Shown here one piece after another: positions 7,938-20,100 of a DNA stretch of 64,000 nucleotides (the stretch's first letter is position 1; each line of letters begins with the position of its first letter). Source of the stretch: a virus; the UHGV virus genome UHGV-0122002. One strand, 5' to 3'. A model generated the notes under the pieces. The model was not told the origin of the DNA and ran no database searches. It saw nothing but the letters and a program-made list of their open reading frames with translations. Made by a program: the position numbers and the translations under genes.

Positions 7938-10925
7938 ATGAGCTTAAGCGATCAGGTGGTAATGGCCACCAGCATAGAAACGCTGATCGAGCTGCTAAAG
8001 AACCTGCCCGATTATGGGCGGGTTTCGTATGTGGTGACAGCGAAGGGAGACGAGGTAAAAACAGCGTTTGATATCGTCGATGCCTCAGCTCTTTTGGTAT
8101 CCAATACTCTGGATGGGAAAATTAATCCTGACTATCCCCAGGAACTTCAACCGCGCGACCGGACCCGCGCATCCAGCCTTCTTCAGGTTAACCAGATATC
8201 CAAAGATTTGCGGCCTGCTCAGCTTACTGATTCCGGTTTATCCAGCCATGGCGCGCCGATAATTGGTGAGGACAATGCCGTTGAGTCAGGTAATGGACGG
8301 ACCATGGGGATCATCAAAGCCTATCAGGACGGCAATGCGGATCGGTATCGTGAGTACCTGATTGAACATGCGACCGAATTCGGCATACCTCCTGAAAAGG
8401 TTGAATCAATGACGGCTCCGGTACTGGTGCGCCGCCGGTTAACTAAGGTTGACCGTGTTCAGTTTGCCAAGGACTCAAATATTTCTGATCTCCAGGAAAT
8501 GGCAGCCAGTGAAAAGGCTTTTGTTGATGCCGACAGCATAACACCGGCGATGATGGCGTTGTTTAACCCGTCAGAAAGTGGAGATCTGCTTAGCCGCAGT
8601 AATGACGCGTTTATTCGCGGATTTATGACGCAAGTTGGTGCCACACAGGCGGCTGGCCTTGTAACTGAAGATGGGCGACCAACACGGCAACTTGTAGACC
8701 GTATACAAAACGCGATCTTTGCCAAGGCATATAAGGATGCGCGCCTGGTAAGGATGGTTGCAGAAGAACCTGATCCGGATATGCGTAATGTTCTGACGGC
8801 GCTTAATGCGGCAGCCAATGATTTTGTCCAGATGCAGGCTTTATCAGGAGAAGCGCACAAGCAGGCTGTGACAACTATTGTTGATGGCATTGAGACAGCG
8901 GATAGCCTCGATAAAAAGGCGCTGGCGGCATTGAAAGATGCGGTAGACCTGGTAAGGCAATCGAAGGAGTCAGGCCAGCATATTACCGATGTTATTGCTC
9001 AGGGGGATATGTTCAGCGAAACGGCCCCGGAAGTGAAAGCACTCGCGTTGTTCATCGTCGCGAATAACCGTAGCGCGAAGCGTATGGCCACCGCCTTTAA
9101 ATTGATGGCTCAACGTATCAATGATGAGTTACAGCACCAGGGCCAGGCGCTGGGGGATATGTTTGGCGGTGGTGATGTGTCGTTACAGGATATCCTTCGC
9201 CAGGTGTCTCAGGAACTGGAAAACGAAGGCATGCAAGGGATATCCGGCGGTCTTTTCGAGTCCGTTTCCGGCGGTAGTTACAACGGTGTTGCTCCATATA
9301 CCAGCTTGCTATTACATCGGGCATCCGGCATCAAAGACATTATTCATCTGATCAGGCTGCTTTCCCGTACAGATCCCCAGGATGAACAGCTTGTACAAGT
9401 GCTTGCGCATTTTGTTCGAATGCCTGTTGCCGACGTGAATAAATGGTGCCGATTATTCGGTATCAGCAATTCGTTACTTCGCGGATTGTTAAATCACGCA
9501 TCCTCCCTTGGGCGCGACGGCTTTGATGAGATAGCGCAGGCGATAAAAAACGGAGATATGCCACCAGCTATTGACTGGTTTTCCATTCGCCCAACCAGGG
9601 TGAAAGCATTCCTTAGCGCGGCGCATTCGGCATCACCATTGGCAGAAATGATTCAGAGGTTGTCGCTCATATTCACAGACCATACCGCGTTGGGTGATCT
9701 GACTCTGGACGAGATGAAAGAAGCCTCCATTCAGTGGGCCGATCAACAAAATGAGGTTAACTCAGACTTCTTGCCAGCATTCAGGAAGGCCGTTAGTAAA
9801 GCGGATGATGCCCGTGGAATTCTGAAGGCATTTAAGGCATTGCAAAGTCGGGTTAATAAACATGTCGGTGATATCGATGGGGTAACGGCGGAAGGCAGGG
9901 ATATCCTTAAAGAGCACGGCATAACGCCAGAGTTTATTGATGAGATCAGGACGGATATGCAGCGTGAGGTCGTATCGTCCCTGCAAATCGTAGCCAGAGC
10001 GTTGGCGGATGCTAATCCGAAGAGTGCGGCCATTGTTAACCGGGTTATTGGTGATATTGAAGCATCGGAGGGCATGGGGGCGCTGAAACTCTTCCTTTCG
10101 CGAGCGTTTAATCCTAACGGCAATATTCTCCCTGGCATTATTGGTGAGGCTAAAAAGTATGTCAGTGAAGAAGAACTTGAGCAGCTTGACCAACTACTTA
10201 AGCGATTCTCATATAACCCGCAGATACGCTGGCAAATGAATCAGCGAAGTATGGGTTCGGTCCACGAGAAAGTGTTATCTGCCATGAACAGTGCGATCGC
10301 AAACTCATCCGTATCTGAAGAAAAAGCTCTTGAGTGGGCCGACTCTTTTATCACAGAAGAAGTGGAAGAAGCCCGCGCTGGACAGAATGGTGGGATAGAC
10401 CTGCGCAAGGAACTTGCTGATATTTATCGCCTGACCGGCGGGAAAATATCGACCTTATCAAAGGTAGTTCACCACCAGGGAAGGGCATATGCAAATCTTA
10501 ATGGTGTTGTTGCTGTCAATTTGAACGATGAAAATGCAAGTGCACTGTGGCACGAGCTGGGTCATCATCTTGAGTACAGTAACCCTGGTTTGTTAGAGAA
10601 AGCCCGGTCATTCCTGAAGGCCAATGTTGAAGGGGATAAGCCATCTTTCGTCAATATCGGTGGGCGTGGCAAGCCTGAATGGTGCTTCAGATCTCGATTG
10701 AGTAATATTTATATGGCGAAGGTATACCCGCCAGCCTCAGTAAGTAACACCGGGAAAATTCGGCAGAAATCACCGACTATTTCCAAAACGTCAGCAACGG
10801 AAGTATTCTCTATGGCTCTTCAGTTGTATCATGACAAAGAGGCCGCTGCCGCATCACTGATGAATGGTGACGGATTGCTGGAACTGTTATTAGGTGTGGC
10901 AAAGGAGCTAAATAATGCAGATTAA
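7938..10925 (+). CDS. ddrB: DdrB-like large dar-operon protein with an HExxH motif
   Basis: 995 aa; WHELGHHLEYSNPG at residue ~872 (bases 10551-10568); position after ddrA; name by synteny. Confidence 0.55.
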   Translation: MSLSDQVVMATSIETLIELLKNLPDYGRVSYVVTAKGDEVKTAFDIVDASALLVSNTLDGKINPDYPQELQPRDRTRASSLLQVNQISKDLRPAQLTDSGLSSHGAPIIGEDNAVESGNGRTMGIIKAYQDGNADRYREYLIEHATEFGIPPEKVESMTAPVLVRRRLTKVDRVQFAKDSNISDLQEMAASEKAFVDADSITPAMMALFNPSESGDLLSRSNDAFIRGFMTQVGATQAAGLVTEDGRPTRQLVDRIQNAIFAKAYKDARLVRMVAEEPDPDMRNVLTALNAAANDFVQMQALSGEAHKQAVTTIVDGIETADSLDKKALAALKDAVDLVRQSKESGQHITDVIAQGDMFSETAPEVKALALFIVANNRSAKRMATAFKLMAQRINDELQHQGQALGDMFGGGDVSLQDILRQVSQELENEGMQGISGGLFESVSGGSYNGVAPYTSLLLHRASGIKDIIHLIRLLSRTDPQDEQLVQVLAHFVRMPVADVNKWCRLFGISNSLLRGLLNHASSLGRDGFDEIAQAIKNGDMPPAIDWFSIRPTRVKAFLSAAHSASPLAEMIQRLSLIFTDHTALGDLTLDEMKEASIQWADQQNEVNSDFLPAFRKAVSKADDARGILKAFKALQSRVNKHVGDIDGVTAEGRDILKEHGITPEFIDEIRTDMQREVVSSLQIVARALADANPKSAAIVNRVIGDIEASEGMGALKLFLSRAFNPNGNILPGIIGEAKKYVSEEELEQLDQLLKRFSYNPQIRWQMNQRSMGSVHEKVLSAMNSAIANSSVSEEKALEWADSFITEEVEEARAGQNGGIDLRKELADIYRLTGGKISTLSKVVHHQGRAYANLNGVVAVNLNDENASALWHELGHHLEYSNPGLLEKARSFLKANVEGDKPSFVNIGGRGKPEWCFRSRLSNIYMAKVYPPASVSNTGKIRQKSPTISKTSATEVFSMALQLYHDKEAAAASLMNGDGLLELLLGVAKELNNAD

Positions 10926-11226
10926 AATCGCAGCGCCATTAGGTGGAGATGCCATTATCGAATTTGATGATAATGAAGAAGTTTCCGGGCGTTTAAGCAT
11001 TATCTCCGGTGACATTACCGAGGACATGATCGCTGAAGCCATAGCTGGGGCAAATCCCAATAGCTATATGGGATTCGTTAACACCCTTGATGCTCCCGCA
11101 AGTGATGTTCTCCGAACGCTGCATCTTTACGCTGGCTGGTTTGTTGATTGGCCAGCAGTAGATGGTGGCGATGAGGACGACGACGACGATGATTTTGGTG
11201 ATCATGTAGACCAGATCGTATATTGA
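10915..11226 (+). CDS. Small acidic protein (P1 hxr position), C-terminal poly-Asp tract
   Basis: 103 aa; GGDEDDDDDDFGD near C-terminus; last gene of the operon. Confidence 0.45.
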   Translation: MQIKIAAPLGGDAIIEFDDNEEVSGRLSIISGDITEDMIAEAIAGANPNSYMGFVNTLDAPASDVLRTLHLYAGWFVDWPAVDGGDEDDDDDDFGDHVDQIVY

Positions 11227-11228
11227 AG

Positions 11229-11257
11229 AAATCCCGCCAGTCGGCGGGATTTTTTTT
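11229..11257 (+). terminator. Rho-independent terminator after the dar operon
   Basis: AATCCCGCC-AGTC-GGCGGGATT stem followed by T8. Confidence 0.75.
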
Positions 11258-12038
11258 AATCGCTTTCCACTTCTTCCGTGGTGTTTTCTTGCAGTTCTGT
11301 TAATGCAGCACGACATAGGTTCCGGGCATTGGCTATAGCCACACTTTTGACTTCATCCGTCATCGTGCAGGTAATGTACTGATCGAGTTCTTCAGCGCGG
11401 ATGATGCTTTTGCCAATCAGAAACTGTATTTGCCAGAGCAGATCGGCATCCATAATCAGAATTTCTGCCGGGCCTTCAGGGCCAGCCGGGAAGGAAACAT
11501 AAGACTGTTTGCCCAGGCCGACAACTCGACAACTTGCTTCAAGAATTGCGCGCTTGAGGTCTGACTTTATAACGGAAACAGGTTGATTTTCACCAGTGAT
11601 TACGCCGTTGACATGGAAAGGCATGTAGCTTGAAATACGCTCCACTTTCCACACGCCAGCAAGCGATCCTTCATGCAGCACAATGGGGGTAACCGCGAGT
11701 TTCATCTCACCATATAGCTGCTGGCAGATAGCTGGATTGCTGAATACATCTAAAGGCTCACATTCAAACAGCGGCGCAATCTGCATGAGGTCCATCATGG
11801 TCATCCCTGGGGTACGAGCAGTAATGAATCTGCGCATACCAGTATCCATTGCGCTCCAGATTGCTACACCATGCTTTTTGCTCACTTCTTCAGTAAAGCC
11901 AAGGTGGCACATGATGGTTTTTTCGATAGCCAGAGCAGAGATCGAAACCTTTTCGCCAGGCACACCATCATGATTGATGGTCACTTCGACACTCTGACCA
12001 TTACGCAGGCGGTATTGAATTGCTTTAGTATTTTCCAC
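11256..12038 (-). CDS. Hypothetical protein, distal gene of the ssb operon
   Basis: 260 aa, GTG start 6 bp after the upstream stop; no recognisable motifs. Confidence 0.55.
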   Translation of the reverse strand: MENTKAIQYRLRNGQSVEVTINHDGVPGEKVSISALAIEKTIMCHLGFTEEVSKKHGVAIWSAMDTGMRRFITARTPGMTMMDLMQIAPLFECEPLDVFSNPAICQQLYGEMKLAVTPIVLHEGSLAGVWKVERISSYMPFHVNGVITGENQPVSVIKSDLKRAILEASCRVVGLGKQSYVSFPAGPEGPAEILIMDADLLWQIQFLIGKSIIRAEELDQYITCTMTDEVKSVAIANARNLCRAALTELQENTTEEVESD

Positions 12039-12044
12039 GTTAAA

Positions 12045-12722
12045 TCACTCCACTACAAACCAGTCACATGCCAGTAAGTCGCCTACAGAAGGAACCCACG
12101 GAACAACTACACCTTGTGCATTTTTTAAGGCGAAATAAGCACCATACGGAACGAGGTCGCCGGGGAAATATCCCTTAATGGCTTCCATTCGTGCCGGGTA
12201 CTGTCCTTCAGGAACCAGCCAGCAGAATTGGTTTTCGCCGTTCCACCCGCGTCGGGCAACTTTCTTGCCATCCTTCAGCCACATCAGCGCGTCAGAAAAG
12301 TCGGCTGCTTCAAGGTCGATTTCTTCTTGTAGAGTAGCGATACCGCCAGCAGAAATAGTTACGTCCCTGGCTGTAATGAATGTCACCCCATTGTGACCTT
12401 CAATGCTGAGCGATACCCCATTTTCGAAGAAGTCGTTAGTCCGACTAAAGCCTTCTTCAAATGTTTTTTCTGGTGAATAGGACAGAGATCCGTCCTCATA
12501 AGCGACCAGATATCCGCCAATTTCTGGTCGGTGTTTTTGCAAAAATATTTTATCAACATGGACTTTTACCCCTTCTGGCTCAACGACTTCGATGTTGCAA
12601 AAAAGGACCACATCCATTAGGGCGATAATTTCGATATCTTTGATTTTTGAGGCGCGAACTGTTTTATGGCTTTTGTATTTTGGAAGTGCCGTCAAAAGCT
12701 CTTTCGTTGTCATGTTATTCAT
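12045..12722 (-). CDS. Hypothetical protein with C-terminal DUF2829-like (Tad2-like) domain
   Basis: 225 aa; C-terminal ~85 aa FSDALMWLKDGKKVARRGWNGENQ...VVPWVPSVGDLLACDWFVVE matches the remembered DUF2829 pattern (GKKVRRxGW ... W ... DLLAxDW). Confidence 0.55.
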   Translation of the reverse strand: MNNMTTKELLTALPKYKSHKTVRASKIKDIEIIALMDVVLFCNIEVVEPEGVKVHVDKIFLQKHRPEIGGYLVAYEDGSLSYSPEKTFEEGFSRTNDFFENGVSLSIEGHNGVTFITARDVTISAGGIATLQEEIDLEAADFSDALMWLKDGKKVARRGWNGENQFCWLVPEGQYPARMEAIKGYFPGDLVPYGAYFALKNAQGVVVPWVPSVGDLLACDWFVVE

Positions 12723-12820
12723 AGTCTTTCCTCTGCTTAAAACCTGATGTATTGCGCCTTCAGGTGGGTCAGGAATGTTTTCCCACCAGCGAAAGCAATA
12801 TCTCGGGGGGGGGCTATTCG

Positions 12821-13309
12821 TTAAAACGGAATATCGTCGTCAAAGTCCATTGGAGGTTCGTTATTGGCGTTGCTCTGAGGTTTACCGCCACCACTGTATT
12901 GCTGGTGGTTTTGAGGTTGGTTTGATTGCCCCCAGCCATTTGAGGACTGTGAATCGTCACGGCGAGCGCCGATCATTTGCATGGTGCCGCCCTGGCTGAC
13001 GATAATTTCCGTCGTGTAACGTTCTACACCGGCGTCATCTGTCCACTTACGGGTTTTAAGTTTCCCTTCGATGTAGACCTGAGAACCTTTTCGTAAATAC
13101 TCACTCGCAATTTCAGCAAGTTTTCCGAACAAAACGACTTTATGCCATTCTGTTTGCTCTTTCTGTTGGCCAGTTTGCTTGTCCCGCCATGATTCATTCG
13201 TTGCGATGCTGAGTCTTCCGACCGCGCCGCCATTTGGTATATACCTGATCTCCGGGTCTTGCCCCAGGGTACCAATCAGGATGACTTTGTTTACACCGCG
13301 TTGTGCCAC
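12821..13309 (-). CDS. ssb: Single-stranded DNA-binding protein
   Basis: 162 aa; OB-fold N-terminus [23 protein letters not shown], Gly/Gln-rich linker, acidic tail DFDDDIPF. Confidence 0.95.
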   Translation of the reverse strand: MAQRGVNKVILIGTLGQDPEIRYIPNGGAVGRLSIATNESWRDKQTGQQKEQTEWHKVVLFGKLAEIASEYLRKGSQVYIEGKLKTRKWTDDAGVERYTTEIIVSQGGTMQMIGARRDDSQSSNGWGQSNQPQNHQQYSGGGKPQSNANNEPPMDFDDDIPF

Positions 13310-13328
13310 TTATCTTACCTAATAAAAT

Positions 13329-13345
13329 AAATTAATTAGAGCAAT
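13329..13345 (-). promoter_or_regulatory. C1 repressor operator-like site upstream of ssb
   Basis: AAATTAATTAGAGCAAT; one mismatch to reverse complement of remembered consensus ATTGCTCTAATAAATTT. Confidence 0.55.
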
Positions 13346-13478
13346 AATGTATATCTTTGAAACGTAGCTAACAAGTGATTTGCATTATCCTGTGCCTTCT
13401 AAAGGGATCGAGTCAGTCGGTATTGGCTGTGAATGGGTGTTTGTCCTGGAGCGTAAAAAATTCGCTTATGAGGTCTTT

Positions 13479-14036
13479 ATGAAGGGAAAAACAGCCGCAG
13501 GAGGCGGTGCAATTTGCGCTATCGCGGTGATGATTACCATCGTGATGGGTAATGGCAATGTGCGAACCAACCAGGCAGGGCTTGAGCTGATTGGTAACGC
13601 TGAAGGTTGCCGACGTGATCCATACATGTGCCCGGCGGGGGTATGGACTGACGGGATCGGTAATACACACGGGGTAACGCCGGGTGTGCGAAAAACCGAC
13701 CAGCAAATCGCCGCTGATTGGGAAAAGAATATCCTGATCGCTGAACGCTGTATTAATCAGCACTTCCGGGGCAAAGACATGCCCGATAATGCCTTCAGTG
13801 CAATGACAAGCGCGGCATTCAATATGGGATGTAATAGCTTACGGACCTACTACAGCAAAGCGCGAGGCATGCGAGTAGAAACGTCCATCCACAAGTGGGC
13901 GCAGAAAGGAGAATGGGTGAATATGTGTAACCATCTCCCTGATTTCGTGAACAGTAACGGCGTGCCCCTGCGAGGTTTAAAGATTCGCCGTGAAAAAGAA
14001 CGCCAGCTTTGCCTGACGGGACTGGTCAATGAATAA
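13479..14036 (+). CDS. lyz: SAR (signal-anchor-release) endolysin, lysozyme family
   Basis: 185 aa from MKGKTAAGGGAICAIAVMITIVMG (Gly/Ala-rich N-terminal membrane segment) followed by lysozyme-like domain; track start at 13380 is probably too far upstream. Confidence 0.85.
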   Translation: MKGKTAAGGGAICAIAVMITIVMGNGNVRTNQAGLELIGNAEGCRRDPYMCPAGVWTDGIGNTHGVTPGVRKTDQQIAADWEKNILIAERCINQHFRGKDMPDNAFSAMTSAAFNMGCNSLRTYYSKARGMRVETSIHKWAQKGEWVNMCNHLPDFVNSNGVPLRGLKIRREKERQLCLTGLVNE

Positions 14037-14283
14037 ACTCCGGCAGCTCCGCCGACTTTCGACAATGAAGTTATCGTTGGCGGCGATAGTTTTCGACTCG
14101 ATTTTCATGGCGGTATATGTGCTCAATGAGACGTGGCCACTGGAACCGCTATTGTATGCCGGGCTTCGGCTGTGCCTGACATTTTTGAGCATGGCTGCAA
14201 GATTGATGCAGCAGAAAGAAACCGCTTCAGATTGTCCACGCCGCGCGGTGCGCAAATTTATGGCACGCAGGCGAAGGCGATAA
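14029..14283 (+). CDS. Small membrane protein overlapping lyz 3' end (possible lysis accessory)
   Basis: 84 aa, one hydrophobic helix, Arg-rich C-terminus; ATG overlaps lyz stop region. Confidence 0.3.
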   Translation: MNKLRQLRRLSTMKLSLAAIVFDSIFMAVYVLNETWPLEPLLYAGLRLCLTFLSMAARLMQQKETASDCPRRAVRKFMARRRRR

Positions 14284-14294
14284 TAGTTAACGAG

Positions 14295-14325
14295 AACCCC
14301 GGCAGCCGCCGGGGTTATTTTTGGT
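14295..14325. terminator. Terminator hairpin between convergent lysis and head operons
   Basis: AACCCCGGC-AGCC-GCCGGGGTT followed by ATTTTT. Confidence 0.6.
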
Positions 14326-14327
14326 GG

Positions 14328-17058
<2,731 letters not shown>

Positions 17059-17124
17059 TTAATTAGAATAATTCACATCGTGTTTGAACGGAATTTAACA
17101 CTAGTCACTTGTTAAGGATTACCA

Positions 17125-20100
17125 ATGAACAAGCTATCTATGGGGGTGTTTCGCTGTTCAAGTGTCAGCGAAATATTGAAATACATTAGGGCAATAACAT
17201 CTCACCGAGCGCCGATTAAATACGGCGTGGAAAAGGTGGAAGGCAAAAGCTATGACCGACTGCGCCGGGAGGCGAATCAGAAGGCGATAGATTTGCTTAA
17301 TTCGCTGGTGGACGGCGCGACACTGACAGATGAACAGCGCCAGATCCTGGCTGGGTACACCGGTGAAGGCGGCATTGGCGGGTCCGTCTCCGAATATTAC
17401 ACACCAAAGCCGATCGCTGAAGGTGTCTGGGAGATCATGAAGCTCTACGGCGCGGACGTAGGTAACACTCTGGAACCATCGGCGGGCACCGGCGTTTTTA
17501 ATGAGACAAAACCGGTTGGTACGGTGATGACTGCGACTGAGATCAGCAGTGTTTCCGGTCGTATAAACCAGCTGTTACACCCGGAAGACAGCGTACAGAT
17601 TTCCCCGTTCGAACAGCTGGCTGTAAGCACGCCTAACGATTCATTCGACCATGTTGTGGGTAACGTTCCGTTCGGTGGTCGTGATAACACACGCAACATC
17701 GATAAGCCTTACGCAGAAGAAACGGACATGGGTTCTTACTTCATGCTCCGCATGCTGGACAAGATAAAGCCAGGCGGATTCATGTGCGTGATTGTGCCGC
17801 CGTCCATTGTTTCAGGTTCAAACATGAAGCGGTTACGCCTGCGCCTATCACGGAAAGCTGAATTTCTTGGTGCCCACCGCTTGCCTACCGGTACTTTTGA
17901 CGCAAACGGGACCAGTACGGTCGTTGACGTGGTGCTGATGCGCAAACATCCGGCGGAGATGGCTGAGAAAATCCCCCTGGTGGATGAAGGCACTCTTGAA
18001 TCGGCAAATGTGCTTTGGCCAACGTTTATTTCTGGCAAGTGGTTTGAAAAGGACGGCCGCCGGTTTGTTCATGGCACTCAGGAGAAGGGATTCCAGGGGC
18101 GTATTGAGGTTCGTGCCGACGGGCAGATTGATAACCAGGCTCTTAAAGCGAAGCTGATTCATCGTTTCGAAAGTCGTATCGACTGGTCTTTGCTCGATAT
18201 GGCTGAACCGTCACCGACCGCAGATGTTGTTGATGAAGGGGAAATGCGCCTGATTAATGGCGTATGGCAAAAATATGCTGGTGGTCGCTGGATTGAAGCT
18301 GATGCCGGGAAGGAGCTGAAGATTGAGGTTGCCAGTTATGGCGCGGATAGCTGGGAGGCTCTTCAGCGTAACCTGACTACAACAGAAGGCCGTCTCGGTA
18401 TGACATTTACCCAGATGGCAAATGTCCGCGATAAGTACACCACATCAATCAGCGACGATATGGTGCAGCTGGTGGACTGGATTAACAGCCAGCCTGAAAA
18501 ATACCGTGAACGCTTGTATCGTGGGGCGATGATTGGCCGGATGTTAATTGAATATCAGGACATGAAGGCCGCCGGGCATAGTGCTGAACAAATCGAACAG
18601 CAGCGCCTTTCTCTGGTATCCCGTTTGCAGGCAGAGATTGACCGTTTTGGTAACCCCGGTCGCGGTCCGATAGCGAAATTATCGGGGAGCGGTGCGCGCG
18701 CCTGGTTTGCTTTCCGTGGTGCAATTAAGCTGGATGGCACTATTTCTGACGAGCTGACAGGAAAACTGGTTACGCATGATTCCAGCGCCAGTTATGACTC
18801 CACCAGCTATCAGGACACCCTGCGTTATCTCTACAGTGATCTCACTCGCGATCCAATCCAGCTCGATGATTTCCGCCTTGCGTTTACCGGCGAACTGCCA
18901 GCCAGTGATGACGAGTTGCTTAATTTATTGGCCAGCACCCCTGGCATTGCGGTTTCACCGTATGGCGGGATTGTTCCGTTCGCCCGCGCCACCAGCGGCG
19001 ACATTAACGAGATAGTGGCTCCAAAGCAGGAATTCCTCGCCACGCTCCCCGACGGTCCAGTAAAGAACAACGTCCTTAATCAGCTGGCAGCGATCGAAGA
19101 GAAGCGCATCAAGACGCCAGCAGAGAATATCCGGTTTAAGCTCAATAGCCGTTGGTTCGACCGTTCCGTGATTCTGGAATTTTTGCAGGAAAACGGCTAT
19201 CCGGATCTGCGCTATGTGCAGTCAGTGCAGCTGGAAGGCGACGAAATGGTTTCTGACACCTATCACGGTGGTGATGGTCTGTTCGTCGGGCACCGATACG
19301 GTGTCGTCCAGCGCAAGGATAAAGAAACAGGCGAGATCCGCTACGAGTGGGACCGTAAATCAGGTGAAAACGCGACCGGGTTCCCGGCACAGCTGGAAAA
19401 GTATCTCAATGGTGCGCGTATCGGTGGCAAAGATAGCGCGACGGCGAACGGCTACCGCGAGCAGATGGCACTGCTTGAGGACCAGTTCAATAAGTGGATC
19501 AAGACGCACGATCGCTACGATGAGCTGGTTGCCAAATACAACGATGTGTTCAATAGCAATATCCCGTATGAACACTCTGGCGATCCGCTTGGGTTGAAGG
19601 GATTAAGCGGTAAGCGCCAGCCATTTGATTACCAGAATAGCGAGGTGCGCCAACTGTCCGAAGATGGGCGCGGCATCCTGGGCTTCGGCACCGGGCTGGG
19701 TAAAACCACGACCGCGCTGGCGCTTGAGGCGTTCAACTATGAGAACGGTCGCTCCACCCGTACTGCGTATGTAGTGCCTAAATCAGTGCTGGAAAACTGG
19801 TATTACGAAGCAAAAGAATTCCTGAGTGAAGAGGCATTCAGTAACTACCTGTTCGTCGGTCTTGATGTGCTGATGGATGGCGATCAGATTCGCCAGGTGC
19901 CGGTGCTCGATGAGAACGGTAAACCTGTTCTTGGTACTGATGGCACTCCAGTTATGCGCGATGCTCTTAAGCTGGCAGATGAAGCCACTATCACGGCGCG
20001 GATGAACGCGATCCCGCACTCAAATTACCGTGCAGTCGTGTTTACCAAAGAACAATACGCCCGCATTCCGCTACGTGATGACACCGTAGATGAGCATGCA

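Noticed and set aside
8459-10193. Minus-strand ORFs of 131-143 aa inside the ddrB-like gene; similar antisense ORFs inside darB, prt and pacB
   Set aside because: Fully embedded antisense to long, well-supported genes, with no start-site context; typical GC-driven spurious frames.
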